Source of the DNA: the human T2T-CHM13v2.0 reference genome, Homo sapiens
NCBI RefSeq assembly: GCF_009914755.1
Contig: NC_060925.1
Direction: 5' to 3' (one strand)
DNA length: 64,000 nucleotides
Shown: positions 31,879 through 44,033 of the stretch, in pieces
Layout of the letters: each line of letters opens with the position of its first letter
Numbering within the stretch: the first letter of the stretch is position 1
Notes under the pieces: model-generated
Databases searched by the model: none
What the model was told of the DNA's origin: nothing
The model's input: the letters and a program-made list of their open reading frames with translations, nothing else
Made by a program: the position numbers and the translations under genes

Positions 31879-32699
31879 GTCAGGACTATCTCTAGAGCTG
31901 GAAATGAGGTCGACTTCCCCAAGACAGCTAGCTACACCGAGAATGGATACCTGAACACAGCAGTGACTCTATTAGAAAATAAGGAAGTATAAATGGATGT
32001 GCAGCAGCCTCCATGCTAATCTAAGAATCTATTAATAAAACCGTATTACCAAATAGGATTTAGCCTAAGAATACAAGGTGATTGAACATTTAGAAATGTA
32101 TTCATGTATTACACTAATAGATTAAGGAGAAAAGCTTCATGCTTTGTGTTACTAAAGGCCAAAAGACATTTGATAAAATTAAAAATCCATTCCTGACTTG
32201 AACTCAGTTTCTTCAGCTTTAAAATGGTGGTGGGGGGTTGGAGATAGGGTTTGTATTATATGACCTCAAAGTTCCCTTCCACTGTAAAGATTTATGACTC
32301 TAACACTCTGCAGTGACCACTGGATAAGTTCTCCATAAAGAACATTTTGATGAGCCAAAATGTAAAAACTATATTATTTTTATCACTAAGTAATGCCCAA
32401 CTGATCTTCTCAAACACTCAATATTCTTTTCTCCCTCCCTGAACCTGGGTGTGGCTCACACACGAGTGAAGAAAGGGTGAGGCCGAGACTCTGTGAAATG
32501 GAAAGGGTGTATGTTGAGCACATTATCTGGTAAATTTTTTAAAATTAAAGTATAGTGGTCTATTTTTAGGCTACATCAAAATGACTCCCAGTCAAAACTT
32601 CAGGGATCCTTTATAGTCTGATGGCTACTTACTAAAAGGCAAATATCCTGAGGGAAGGATCTTCAGGAAAAGCACTAACATGCACTGAGAGATCACCAG

Positions 32700-33034
32700 T
32701 GTATTAGTCCGTTCTCACGCTACTAATAAAAACATACCTGAGACTGGGTAATTTATAAAGGAAAGAAGTTAATTACTAACAGTTCAGCATGGCTAAGGAG
32801 ACCTCAGGAAACGTACAATCATGGCAAAAGGAGAGGCAAACACATCCTTCCTCACATGGCAGCAGCAAGGAGAACTGCAGAGCAAAGTGGGAGAAAAGCC
32901 TCTTATAAAACCATCAGATTTTGTGAGAACTCACTGTCACAAGAACACCATGAGAGTCCCTCCCACAACATGTGGGGATTATGGGAACTACAATTGAAGA
33001 TGAGATTTGGGTGGGGACACAGTCAACCATATCA
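32700..33034 (-). mobile_element. THE1 solo LTR (internally deleted)
   Basis: TGTATTAGTCCGTTCTCAC...GGGTGGGGACACAGTCAACCATATCA. TSD ACCAG at 32695-32699 and 33035-33039. Confidence 0.9.
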
Positions 33035-33624
33035 ACCAGATACCAGGCTAGTCAAATGTACCACTTGCTGCAGGGATGTCAACTATCTCAATGAGTGAAT
33101 ATGTAAAGAATTTTGTAGAGTAGAGGATCTCAAAGATGTCTACCATCTCTGGGTGGGCTATCTACTCAATCACAGCCAGAGGCTATGGGCTATCAATCGT
33201 TCAATGAACCTCTACACCCAGGATGCATCTAAACAAAGGTTTTATAAAGAAAGCCTGATCTCAACAATGTTTTTCATGTAAGAAGAACCTTCCTGGTAAT
33301 TATAGTGATTTTAACAATTTAGCAACATTGACTGAAACTTCCTGAAGTTTGTTTTGAAACACTGGAGTGAGCTTTTTGAACAATTCAGGAAAATAATAGT
33401 TCATATACAACTATTATAATGTACACACAGTGGCAATTTCTTTTTCTTTTCTTTTCTTCTTGTTTTTTTAACCTTATTGAAGTACTGCAAAATACACAGA
33501 GAAAACAGCAATTATCTTAAATATACAGTTTGATTAATTTTTACAAACTAAACACATGTAATAGCCAGTATCCAGATCAATGGTCCTGTGCAATCACCAA
33601 GTAGCCAGCTTTCTTTATGAGGGA

Positions 33625-33775
33625 GTGTAGGCACACTTGTAGTCCTAGCTACACAGGAGTCTGAGGCAGAGGATACTTGAGCCCAGGAGTTGGAGGCTGC
33701 AGTGAGCCAAGTTAATGCCACTGCACTCCAGCATGGGTGAAGTGAGGTCCTGAATCAAATAATAACAATAATAAT
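33625..33775 (+). mobile_element. Alu right monomer (FRAM/AluJ)
   Basis: TGTAGTCCTAGCTAC...CCACTGCACTCCAGC with an (AAT)n tail. Confidence 0.75.
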
Positions 33776-33944
33776 TTACTACTCCAAAATCCCTCTGAGA
33801 GTTATTTCTCATTGTAGCATTTTATTAGCTGTTGTCTTTCATTTTCACTCCTACATTTCCTACTTTGATTTCTCTCCAGATTGTAGAAGTCCTGTAGTAG
33901 ATATAATAGGGAGTAGTAGATATAATGACAACATTAAACATGAT

Positions 33945-36257
33945 TGATATGGTTTGACTGTGTCCCCACCCAAATCTCATCTTGAATTTAACTCCCACAA
34001 GTTCCACAGGTCACGGGAGGAGCCCAGTAAAAGGTGAATGAATCATGGGGGCAGGCCTTTCCTGCACTGTTCTCGTGACAGTGAATGAGTCTCACAAGAC
34101 CTGATGGCTTTAAAAATGGGAGTTTCCCTGAACAAGCTTTCTTTTTGCCTGCCACCATCCACGTAAGATGTGACTTGCTCCTCCTTGCCTTCCACCATGA
34201 TTGTGAGGCCTCCCCAGCCATGTGGAACTGTAAGTCCATTAAACATCTTTCCCATATAAATTACCCAGTATCAGGTATGTCTTTATCAGCAGTGTGAAAA
34301 TGAACTAATACAGTAAACTGGCACCAGTAGAGTGGGGCACTGCTGAAGAGATACCCAAAAATGTGGAATCAACTTTGGAACTGACTAACAGGCAGAGGTT
34401 GGAACAGTTTGGAGGGCTCAGAAGAAGACGGGAAAATATGGGAAAGCTTGGAACTCCCTAGAGACTTGTTGAATGCCTTTGACCAAAATGCTGATCATGA
34501 TATGGACAATGAAATCCAGGCTGAGGTGGTCTCAGATGGAGATGAGGAGCTTGTCGGGAATTAGAGAAATGGTGACTCCTGTTATGTTTTAGCCAAGAGG
34601 CTGGCAGCTTTTTGCCCCTGCCTAAGATATTTGTGGAACTTTGAACTTGACAGAGATGATTTAGGGTATCTGGCAGAAGAAATTTCTAAGCAGCAAAGCA
34701 TTCAAGAGGTGACTTGGATGCTGTTAAAGGCATTCAGTTTTATAAGGGAAGCAGAGCATAACAGTTCAGAAAATTTGCAGCCTGACAATGTAATAAAAAA
34801 GAAAATCCCGTTTTCTTAGGAGAAATTCGATCTGGCTGCAGAAATGTGCATAAATAACAAGAAGCCAAATGTTAATACCCAAGACAATGGGGAAAATGTC
34901 TGCAGGGCATGTCAGAAGTCTTCACGGCAGCCCCTCCCATCACAGGCCTGGGGGCCTAGGAGGAAAAAACGGTTTCAGGGGCCAGGCCCAGGGTCCCCAT
35001 GCTGTGTGCAGTCTGGGCACTTGATGCCCTGTGTTCCAGCTGCTTCTTTTAGCCATGACTAAAAGGGGCCAATATACAGCTTGGGCCATGGCTTCAGAGG
35101 GTGCAAGCCCCAAGCCTTGGCAGCTTCCACATGGTGTTGAGCCTGTAGGCACACAAAAGTCAAGAATTGAGGTTTGAGCACCTCTGCCTAGATTTCAGAG
35201 GATGTATGGAAATGCCTGGATATCCAGGCAGAAGTTTGCTGCAGGGCCAGGGCTGTCATGGAGAACCTCTGCTAGGGTAGTGCAGAAAGGAAATGTGGGG
35301 TCAGATCCCCCACATAGAGTCCCTACTGGGGCACTGCCTAGTGGAGCTGTGAGAAGAGGGCCACCATCCTCCAGACCCCAGAGTGGTAGATCCACCAACA
35401 GCTTGTACCGTGTGCCTGGAAAAGCCACAGACACTCAACACCAGCCTGTGAAAGGAGCCAAGTGGGAAGCTGTACCATGCAGAGCCACAAGGGTGGAGCT
35501 GCCCAAGACCATGGGAACCCACCTCTTGCATCAGCATGACCCAGATGCAAGACATGGAGTCAAAGGAGATAATTTTGGAGCTTTAAGTTTGACTGCCCTG
35601 CTGGATTTTGGACTTGCATGGGGCCTATAACCCCTTTGTTTTGGCCAATTTCTCCCATTTGGAATGGCGGTATTTACCCAATGCCTGTAACCCCATTGTA
35701 TCTAGGAAGTAACTTGCTTTTGACTTTACAGGCTCATAGGCAGAAGGGACTTGCCTTGTTTTGGATGAGAATTTAAACTGGGGACTTCTGAGTTAATGCT
35801 GAAATTAGTTAAGACTTTGGGGAACTGTTAGGAAGGCATGATTGGTTTGAAATGTGAGGACATGAGATTTGGGAGGGGCCAGGGGCAGAATGATATGGGT
35901 TGGCTGTATCCCCACCCAAATCTCATCTTGAATTGTAACTCCCACAATTCCACACGTGATGGAAGGAACCCAATGGGAGGTGACTGAATCATGGAAGCAG
36001 GTCTTTCCTGCACTGTTCTCATGATACTGAATGAGTCTCACGAGATCTGATGGTTTTAAAAATGAGAGTTTCCTGCACAAGCTCTCTTTTTGCCTGCCAC
36101 CATCAACATAAGATGTGACTTGCTCCTCCTTGCCTTCTGCCATGATTGTGAGGCCTCCCCAGCCATGTGGAACTATAAGTCCATTAAACCTCTTTCCTGT
36201 ATAAATCACCCAGTTTCAGGTATATCTTTACCAGCATCATGAAAACGAACTATTACG
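33945..36257 (+). mobile_element. Complete THE1 (A/B-type) MaLR element: LTR 33945-34312, internal 34313-35890, LTR 35891-36257
   Basis: Two direct LTRs starting TGATATGG. Internal region starts GTAAACTGGCACCAG and ends with the polypurine tract GGGAGGGGCCAGGGGCAGAA. TSD ATGAT at 33940-33944 and 36258-36262. Confidence 0.95.
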
Positions 36258-36494
36258 ATGATAAAGAAAAGCAGTGGAGAGATTATCAGCCCCACTCACT
36301 GAAGGTTGACAGGACTGCCTTAATGATATGTACAGGTTACTGTGCCCAAGCTTTCTTTATTTCTGAAAAGACAATCAAATCTAACAAGAAAGTTTATAGA
36401 GTTGAAAAAAAACACAATCTCACCATCCTAACATTAATTTTAGTTTTATATGTCTCCTCCCATTGGTACAGGGATTTTTACCCAGCTCTAATTA

Positions 36495-37545
<1,051 letters not shown>

Positions 37546-38587
37546 TATAACTAGAGACATCTTGCTCTTTTACTCCCAGCTGTGGACAAACAAGAAACTT
37601 TGCTGTTGTGGCTGCAGGAAGGCGACCCAATGTTTCTCTAATACTTTGTACAACGTAGTCCTCATGCCCACTATGTGTAACAGGTCACAAATATTCATTA
37701 ATAAAATATAGTCAAACCTTTAGGAGTTCACAATCTAGTGAGAGAGACAGGCATCATGGTGCACTGTTGTTTTTCCAAATGCCCATTGCTAATCTGTTCA
37801 TTTTATTCTTCTGTCAAAGCAGTAAAGACAGAAGAGAAGATGTGAGTCATCCCAGAGTCACAGCCCTCTGGAAATGCCTGAAATCCATTCTTTCCTGTCC
37901 CTCAGATTACTGTAAGGACTTCAAGGTTCTCTCCGACCCTTATAGCTGTATGAAAACACTTTTTCTGATAGGAGAGCCTCCACCCTCTCTCTAAGGAAAG
38001 TAAATCCTTTCTTAGTCAAGCTCTCCCTTTTCCACACTCCGGTCTTTCCCTGGAATGTCTCCTCTGTCCTTCCTCCCCTCCTCCTTTCCCATTATACATC
38101 TCACTAACCCTCAGGAAAATAGCTTTAAAATTTTCCCTCTGGAATGGGGCCCAGTCCACAGAGCACCTACCTTTGGTATAAGTCAGATGTTAAACTCAAT
38201 TACCTACGAAGGCCAGGCAGAACAGCGTTCTTCTGACTTTGTTTGCATATTAAGTTCATGGAACATTCTCTACTTTCACAAAGAAACATGATCATTTTTT
38301 TCTTGAAATATACAGCCCTTAGTTAAGCTTTCATTTGCACAGTTTTGACAGATAAGAATGCAAGAACTATTTCTTTTTCCTCCCAATTCTACTCTAATGT
38401 TAGTAACTGGCAGAGGACCTTCTGAGTAACAGAGAACATTGCCCTCTAAAAGGCTACTCAGCAGCCACTGTTTGCCAGATGGAACATGGGCCTGGTGTTG
38501 CTGTGTTGCTAGATCTTCTGACCTTTCAGGAGACAAAAATCCAGATATTTTTATGAAAAATCATGTTTTCAAAATGCTGATGTGGAC

Positions 38588-39564
38588 GAAAGAAAGAGAG
38601 ATCAGACTGTTACTGTTGTCTATGCAGAAAGAAGAAGACATAAGAAACTCCATTTTGTTCTGAACTAAGAAAAATTCTTCTGCCTTTAGATGATGTTAAT
38701 CTGTAACCCTAGCCCCAACCCTGTGCTGGCAGAAACATGTGTTGTGTTGACTCAAGGTTTAATGGATTTAGGGCTACGCAGGGTGTGCTTTGTTAAAAAT
38801 GTGTTTGCAGGCAGTATGCTTGGTAAAAGTCACCGCCATTTTCCAGTCTCAAGTACCCAGGGACACAATGCACTGCGGAAGGCCGCAGGGACCTCTGCCC
38901 AAGAAAGCCTGGGTATTGTCCAAGGTTTCTCCCCACTGAGACAGCCTGAGATATGGCCTCGTGGGAAGGTAAAGACCTGACCGTCTCCCAGCCTGACACC
39001 AGTAAAGGGTCTGTGCTGAGGAGGATTAGTGAAAGAGGAAGGCCTCTTTGCAGTTGAGATAAGAGGACGGCATCTGTCTCCTGCTCATCCCTGGGAATGG
39101 AATGTCTCGGTGTAAAACCCGACGTACATTCTATTTACTAAGATGGAAAAAACCGCCTTATGGCTGGAGGTGAGACATGCTGGAGGCAATACTGCTCTTT
39201 ACTGCACTGAGATGTTTGTGTAAAGTCAAACATAAATCTGGCCTATGTGCACATCGAGGCATAGAACCTTTCCTTAAACTTATTTACGACACAGAGACCT
39301 TTGCTCACATGTTTTCCTGCTGACCCTCTCCCCACCATTATCCTATAGTCCTGCCACATCCCCCTCACCGAGATAGTAGAGATAGTGATCAGTAAATACT
39401 GAGGGAACTCAGAGACCAGTGCCGGGTCCTCCGTATGCTAAGCGCCGTCCCCCGGGCCCACTGTTCTTTCTCTATACTTCATCTCTGTGTCTTATTTCTT
39501 TCCTCAGTCTCTCATCCCACCTGACGAGAAACACCCACAGGCGTGGAGGGGCTGGCCCCCTTCA
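38588..39564 (+). mobile_element. LTR5 (HERV-K HML-2; older LTR5A/B type) solo LTR
   Basis: AAAGAAAGAGAGATCAGACTGTTACTGT...CTGCGGAAGGCCGCAGGGACCTCTGCCC...GGGGCTGGCCCCCTTCA, ~980 bp. 6-bp TSD GTGGAC at 38582-38587 and 39565-39570. Confidence 0.93.
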
Positions 39565-41195
39565 GTGGACAGCTAATTCAAGACAATTTAAAATGCTCCA
39601 AAGTCTAAAGCAAACAAGTTCACAGAGTGCAGAAGCATTGCCAGTGTACAGCTTCTGGCACCGTAAATTCTAATGAGTATTTTATTATATTTGCTTAATT
39701 TACAACAGACAATAATATAATTATGCCTTTGACAGACATCAATAATCTGTTTCTGTATTCATTCTCCATATTTATAGAGTATTGTGTTTTCTAGCTGATT
39801 TCCACAACATATTGTTAACAGTGCCTTAGGCCAAACTACTCTTCTTTCCCAATTATTCTCTTTCTTCCCTACAAAGGGAGTTAAAACAAGGAGCTGTTAA
39901 AACTTGGAGCCAAATTAGAGATTAAATTACATTAGCTTTAAACGGTTTTGTGAAGTGGCTAGAAATTTTTACCAGTAATCTTACTGCAAGTCCTGGGTCA
40001 CTGAAGAACTCGGTAAATATGATTAGCATGCACGCACCAACACATCACTGTGATGAAAACGCAAATCACAGTATGTGAGTCACTACTCTCAACATTGCCA
40101 TGCCCCTGCCTTAAACCTGCCAGCCCCATCCAGAGGATTTTTCTCATCTCTGAACTCCAATCATTTACACCTTCCCCCATCAGAATTTACCCTACATTTT
40201 ATTATAATTGCATATAAATATGCCTTCCCTGTAACAGCAGGGACTGTGTTTCTCCACTGTATGGCCTGGCACAGTGTCCAGCACACAGCAGGCAAAGCAA
40301 GAGTTACTGCATGAGCCAGTGTCATCATCCAAACGATAGCTACCATTTCCAGAGCACCTACCGTGAGCTGACTAGTTTACCTACATTATCCTGGTGGCTT
40401 TCCCAGACCAGACCACCCAAACCAAAGCAGCCCCCCAGTCACCCTCTAGGCACATAACCCTATTTTAGTTCTCTGAATACGACTGATTGCTGTCTAACAT
40501 ATTTTGGTTTGTGTGCTTATTGTCTGTCACCGGTTTCCCTTCACAAGAAGGAAAGCTCCAAGAGGACAGGCATCTTATCTACCTTGTACTTGGCTCATAG
40601 CAAATAAATGAATCTAAGCCGCCCACCTCCCTGGGTGACAGAGTTGACCTGCACACAGTAGGTCTCAAAGAGTATGTTTTAAATTTTATATTTAGATTTC
40701 AAGATAATTGTGTTGAATATTTTATGGTTCATAACAAACAGAAAGGGGAGGGCAGAATAAAAATAAATAAAAGTTTAGTTACATTACCCTAGCACTGACA
40801 TTGGTACGGGAATTTTTGCTGCAATAAGAAAGCCACTTCCTCTGACATAAGGTCACCCATACTTCTGGGTCTTGCCACATCCTCTTAGACAGTTCATCGT
40901 AGCTGGGCTGGCTGGGGCGGTCAGGACTCCAGACGCTCACACTAAAAGAGGGGTGGTAGTCGAGCAGTCACTCCACTCCTCTGTAGGGAGCTGGCCGCGA
41001 GTGGGTGCGCAGCAGGGTGCGCGCGGACCCGTGCAGCGCCCAGGGCGGCTGTGCGAAGCCGCCGCAGCCTGCGCGCCCAGGCGATTCTCCACCTTGGGGC
41101 TCGCCTTCCTGCCGCGTTCCTCTTCCTTCCATCCCTAAAGCGCGTACGCCCTGCAGAGTCAAACCTGGCGCATCCTCAAGCTTCCAGGGGGCAAC

Positions 41196-41205
41196 GTGAC
41201 CGAGC
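41196..41205 (+). promoter_or_regulatory. Promoter antioxidant response element GTGACCGAGC (RTGACnnnGC)
   Basis: The core TGACCGAGC lies at -357..-349 from the ATG. This is consistent with the NRF2-responsive ARE I recall being described for this promoter. Confidence 0.8.
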
Positions 41206-41212
41206 CCCGCAT

Positions 41213-41218
41213 CACGTG
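41213..41218. promoter_or_regulatory. E-box CACGTG adjacent to the promoter ARE
   Basis: TCACGTGT, 7 nt downstream of the ARE; bHLH (BMAL1/CLOCK, USF, MYC) consensus. Confidence 0.65.
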
Positions 41219-41553
41219 TGCAGAGACGGCCTATAGTGTCTGAAGGATGCCACCTAGTCGCAGGCCCGGCGGCGCCACCAACAGCGACCGCGGTAGTCCA
41301 GCTCGCGCCGCGTCCCGGCCCCAGCCCGGCCCGGCCCAGCCCCGCCCCGCGCCCAGCCCCGCCCCGCCCCGCGCCCAGCCCAGCCCCCGCGGCCCGGCCC
41401 CCAGCGGCCGGCCTCCCGCGGCCCCGCCCCCGCCGCCCCAGTCCCCGCCCCTCGCGCCTTCGTTTATTCCTCCGCGCGCTGGGACAGGCTGCTTCTTCGC
41501 CAGAACCAACCGGTTGCTTGCTGTCCCAGCGGCGCCCCCTCATCACCGTCGCC

Positions 41554-41648
41554 ATGCCCGGAGGTCTGCTTCTCGGGGACGTGGCTCCCAACTTTGAGGC
41601 CAATACCACCGTCGGCCGCATCCGTTTCCACGACTTTCTGGGAGACTC
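41554..41648 (+). CDS. PRDX6: Peroxiredoxin 6, coding exon 1 (MPGGLLLGDVAPNFEANTTVGRIRFHDFLGD + TC of Ser32)
   Basis: ATG at 41554 in context GTCGCCATGC. Translation is the PRDX6 N-terminus, with His26 at 41629-41631. Donor GTAAGT at 41649. 95 nt, phase 2. Confidence 0.99.
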
Positions 41649-44019
41649 GTAAGTGGCCACCGCGTAGCCCTGTCCTGGCCTCGGTTGCGCCGGACTCGGA
41701 GGTGCCTTCCCTGTTTCTTCTCCCTGCCGTCCTCCCGGCCGCTCAGCCCCCTGCGCCGCCCTCGCCTTCCCCCGCACTGGTTCCGGCGCGCGCCAGGCCG
41801 TGTGGCCTCTGCTCAGCGTCGGCTGCGCTGCTGGGAGCTGGCACCCGTTCGGCCTGCCCTGCGCGGGCCACTCGATCCCTCCTGGCCTCCCCGCCTCCGG
41901 CGTGGCTGGGCAAGGCCACGCCAAGGTGGGGGGTGGGGAGGATAAAATTGGGTTCTGCGGGTTCTGGAAACTCACCGCCCGCGGGAGGGTTTGTTGTCCA
42001 TTTAACTCGTCTTAGTAAACTGTGCAGGTAGCGTGGTCAGGCCGAGGGCGCAGGGGCGGGGCGGCATTGACGATCACTTCCCCGGACTAGTGCCCAGGGT
42101 CGCACCGCCCTCCCACCCTCCGTTCTGGAATTTGCTCCCTGGGGAGGATGGGTGTCTAAAGCCAAAGTCGGAGGACACAGCTGCTGGCTATAGGTTACAG
42201 GAAGGCCAACGTATCATCTGAGGGTGCAGTGGTATTTGCAGGCTTCTGGGCACAAAATGTGAAATTTAAAACCACTAGCTGCCAAGTAGGTGGCCGAAAG
42301 ACTTTTTGTCCAGAGCCGCCTCCAATGGCCAAGATATGATTTGATAACAGCTTTAGGAAGAGCCAAGAACACTCTGCGTAGGTGTGCCTTCAGAGATTCC
42401 AGAACTTGCAACACTTGGAGGGAAGGACTTTCTGACGCTGTTCCGCTGGAGTGGCCTATTCTTGCTAGTGATGGCCGTTCCAGGCTCCAGGACACGTGTA
42501 CTCCCCAACTTTGAGACTCTCTTGTTTTCCAGTGGCTTGCCCCTCACTGTCCCCTCCGCTTTCTACCTTGCTTCTAGCACATGAGCTTGCTGATGATAGC
42601 CAAATTGATGACCTGTGATCTGACTTGGCAGTTTTACCATTATGGATAGGAGTAGTAAATCGGTGTTGCCCTTTTTTTTTTTTAACAGCTCCTGAATCAG
42701 CAAACTGGAAGTTGCTTAGTTTTCATCAGAAGCATTCCAGGCATGTCTAGTTATATTATGGTTCTGGAGTACTAGTGGTCCCACTACACTGTGGGGCTCC
42801 AAGGCTTGACAACAGTTCTTCCCCAGATTATATCCTTTTTATATACAGTATCCAGGGAGACAGGCTTATGAAATTAATCAGTGATTGGACAGGGCTGTGC
42901 AGAGAACCAGGGACAGATTCTTACACATCATATGCCTATCCAACCCTTTATAACCTCTTAAGTCCCTTTTCCAGCCACTGAATAGGGAAAAGTTAAGCTT
43001 TGTGAAAGATAGGACTAGGCCAGAAAAAGGTTGAGAAATGGAATATTCAAACCTTGAATGCAGAAAAATACTTTAGAAATACAGCTTATGGCCATTCTTA
43101 TACTTAGGATCTAGGTAGTAATATTTCTCCAGCAATCCTTGGGATTTTTAGAGTTGTGTTCCTTCCCATTTCTACCTGCAGCCCTCATCCCCCATCCCCA
43201 TGAAACATAAACTATTTCCAGAACTCTTAGCTTGTATAGATTAAATATTAGCATAAAACGTATTTACTGTGCCAACAATTATAAATGCTGTCACTTTTTA
43301 AGCTAACCATACTTTTTTGGGGTTTTGTTAATGTTTATTGGCCTCTAGATCCATCTAGATTTGATCAAAAGTGGTACTTTATCAGGGAGCCATAGTTAGG
43401 AACACGGTAGAAATATCTGCATTTATTAACTAATATACAAGTCTGCCTAGGATCAGGTATAGTATTCCCTACCTTACCGGGAAGAGAAGTTTGAGCCTTT
43501 TATATGTTTATGACACGTGGATTTTTGCCTGATTTTTCCAATTTTCTATTCTGTATATGATCCCAAATCAGACTGTCAATTTTTGATCCAGGTATTTTTG
43601 AGAAGAAAAAATTAAAATGTATTTCTCTACCTTACCCCTGATCATTGTAAACAACTAAAGAGGTTGGGTGCTACATTGGGTGAGTTTACCTTATCGCTGT
43701 TTCTTTAAGTGGTAGAAGCAGCTTCTTCATAGTACATCTTCACTAAGCAAAATATGTGTTTTCCAGGGGTCTTCTGGGGCTTAGTAAGTGGGAACCATTC
43801 TCTTGAAGGAGGAAACCTTTTGTCTTTTGAAAATGGGTAAGAAAATGGGAGCATGTCACTGAATTACTCTTAAGTGCAGCAGTAGGAAGACTTGGAGGGG
43901 AAGGAAGGCCAAGGTAAGACATTCTTGGAGTTTATCCTATTTGTAGCCATGAGGTAAACTGGAGTTTCACTTCTGAGGGAGGGAAGGACGTGAACTGGCT
44001 TAAAACCAGTTCCTTTTGC

Positions 44020-44033
44020 ATGATTCAGCAAAA
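44020..44033 (+). promoter_or_regulatory. Candidate intronic ARE ATGATTCAGCAAAA
   Basis: Matches RTGAYnnnGCA plus the A/T-rich 3' flank favoured by sMAF. Motif match only. Confidence 0.5.

Larger units (their letters stand above)
40900..42200. promoter_or_regulatory. CpG island / PRDX6 promoter, exon 1 and start of intron 1
   Basis: Abrupt rise in GC and CpG density, with multiple CCCGCCCC (Sp/KLF) boxes at 41340-41450. TTTATT at 41463 lies ~30 nt before a pyrimidine-rich CTTCTTC (41492), the likely TSS zone. Confidence 0.93.

Noticed and set aside
40968-41975. 335-aa minus-strand ORF and other overlapping ORFs across the promoter
   Set aside because: Low-complexity G/R/A/P-rich translation expected from a stop-poor CpG island; no recognisable domain.
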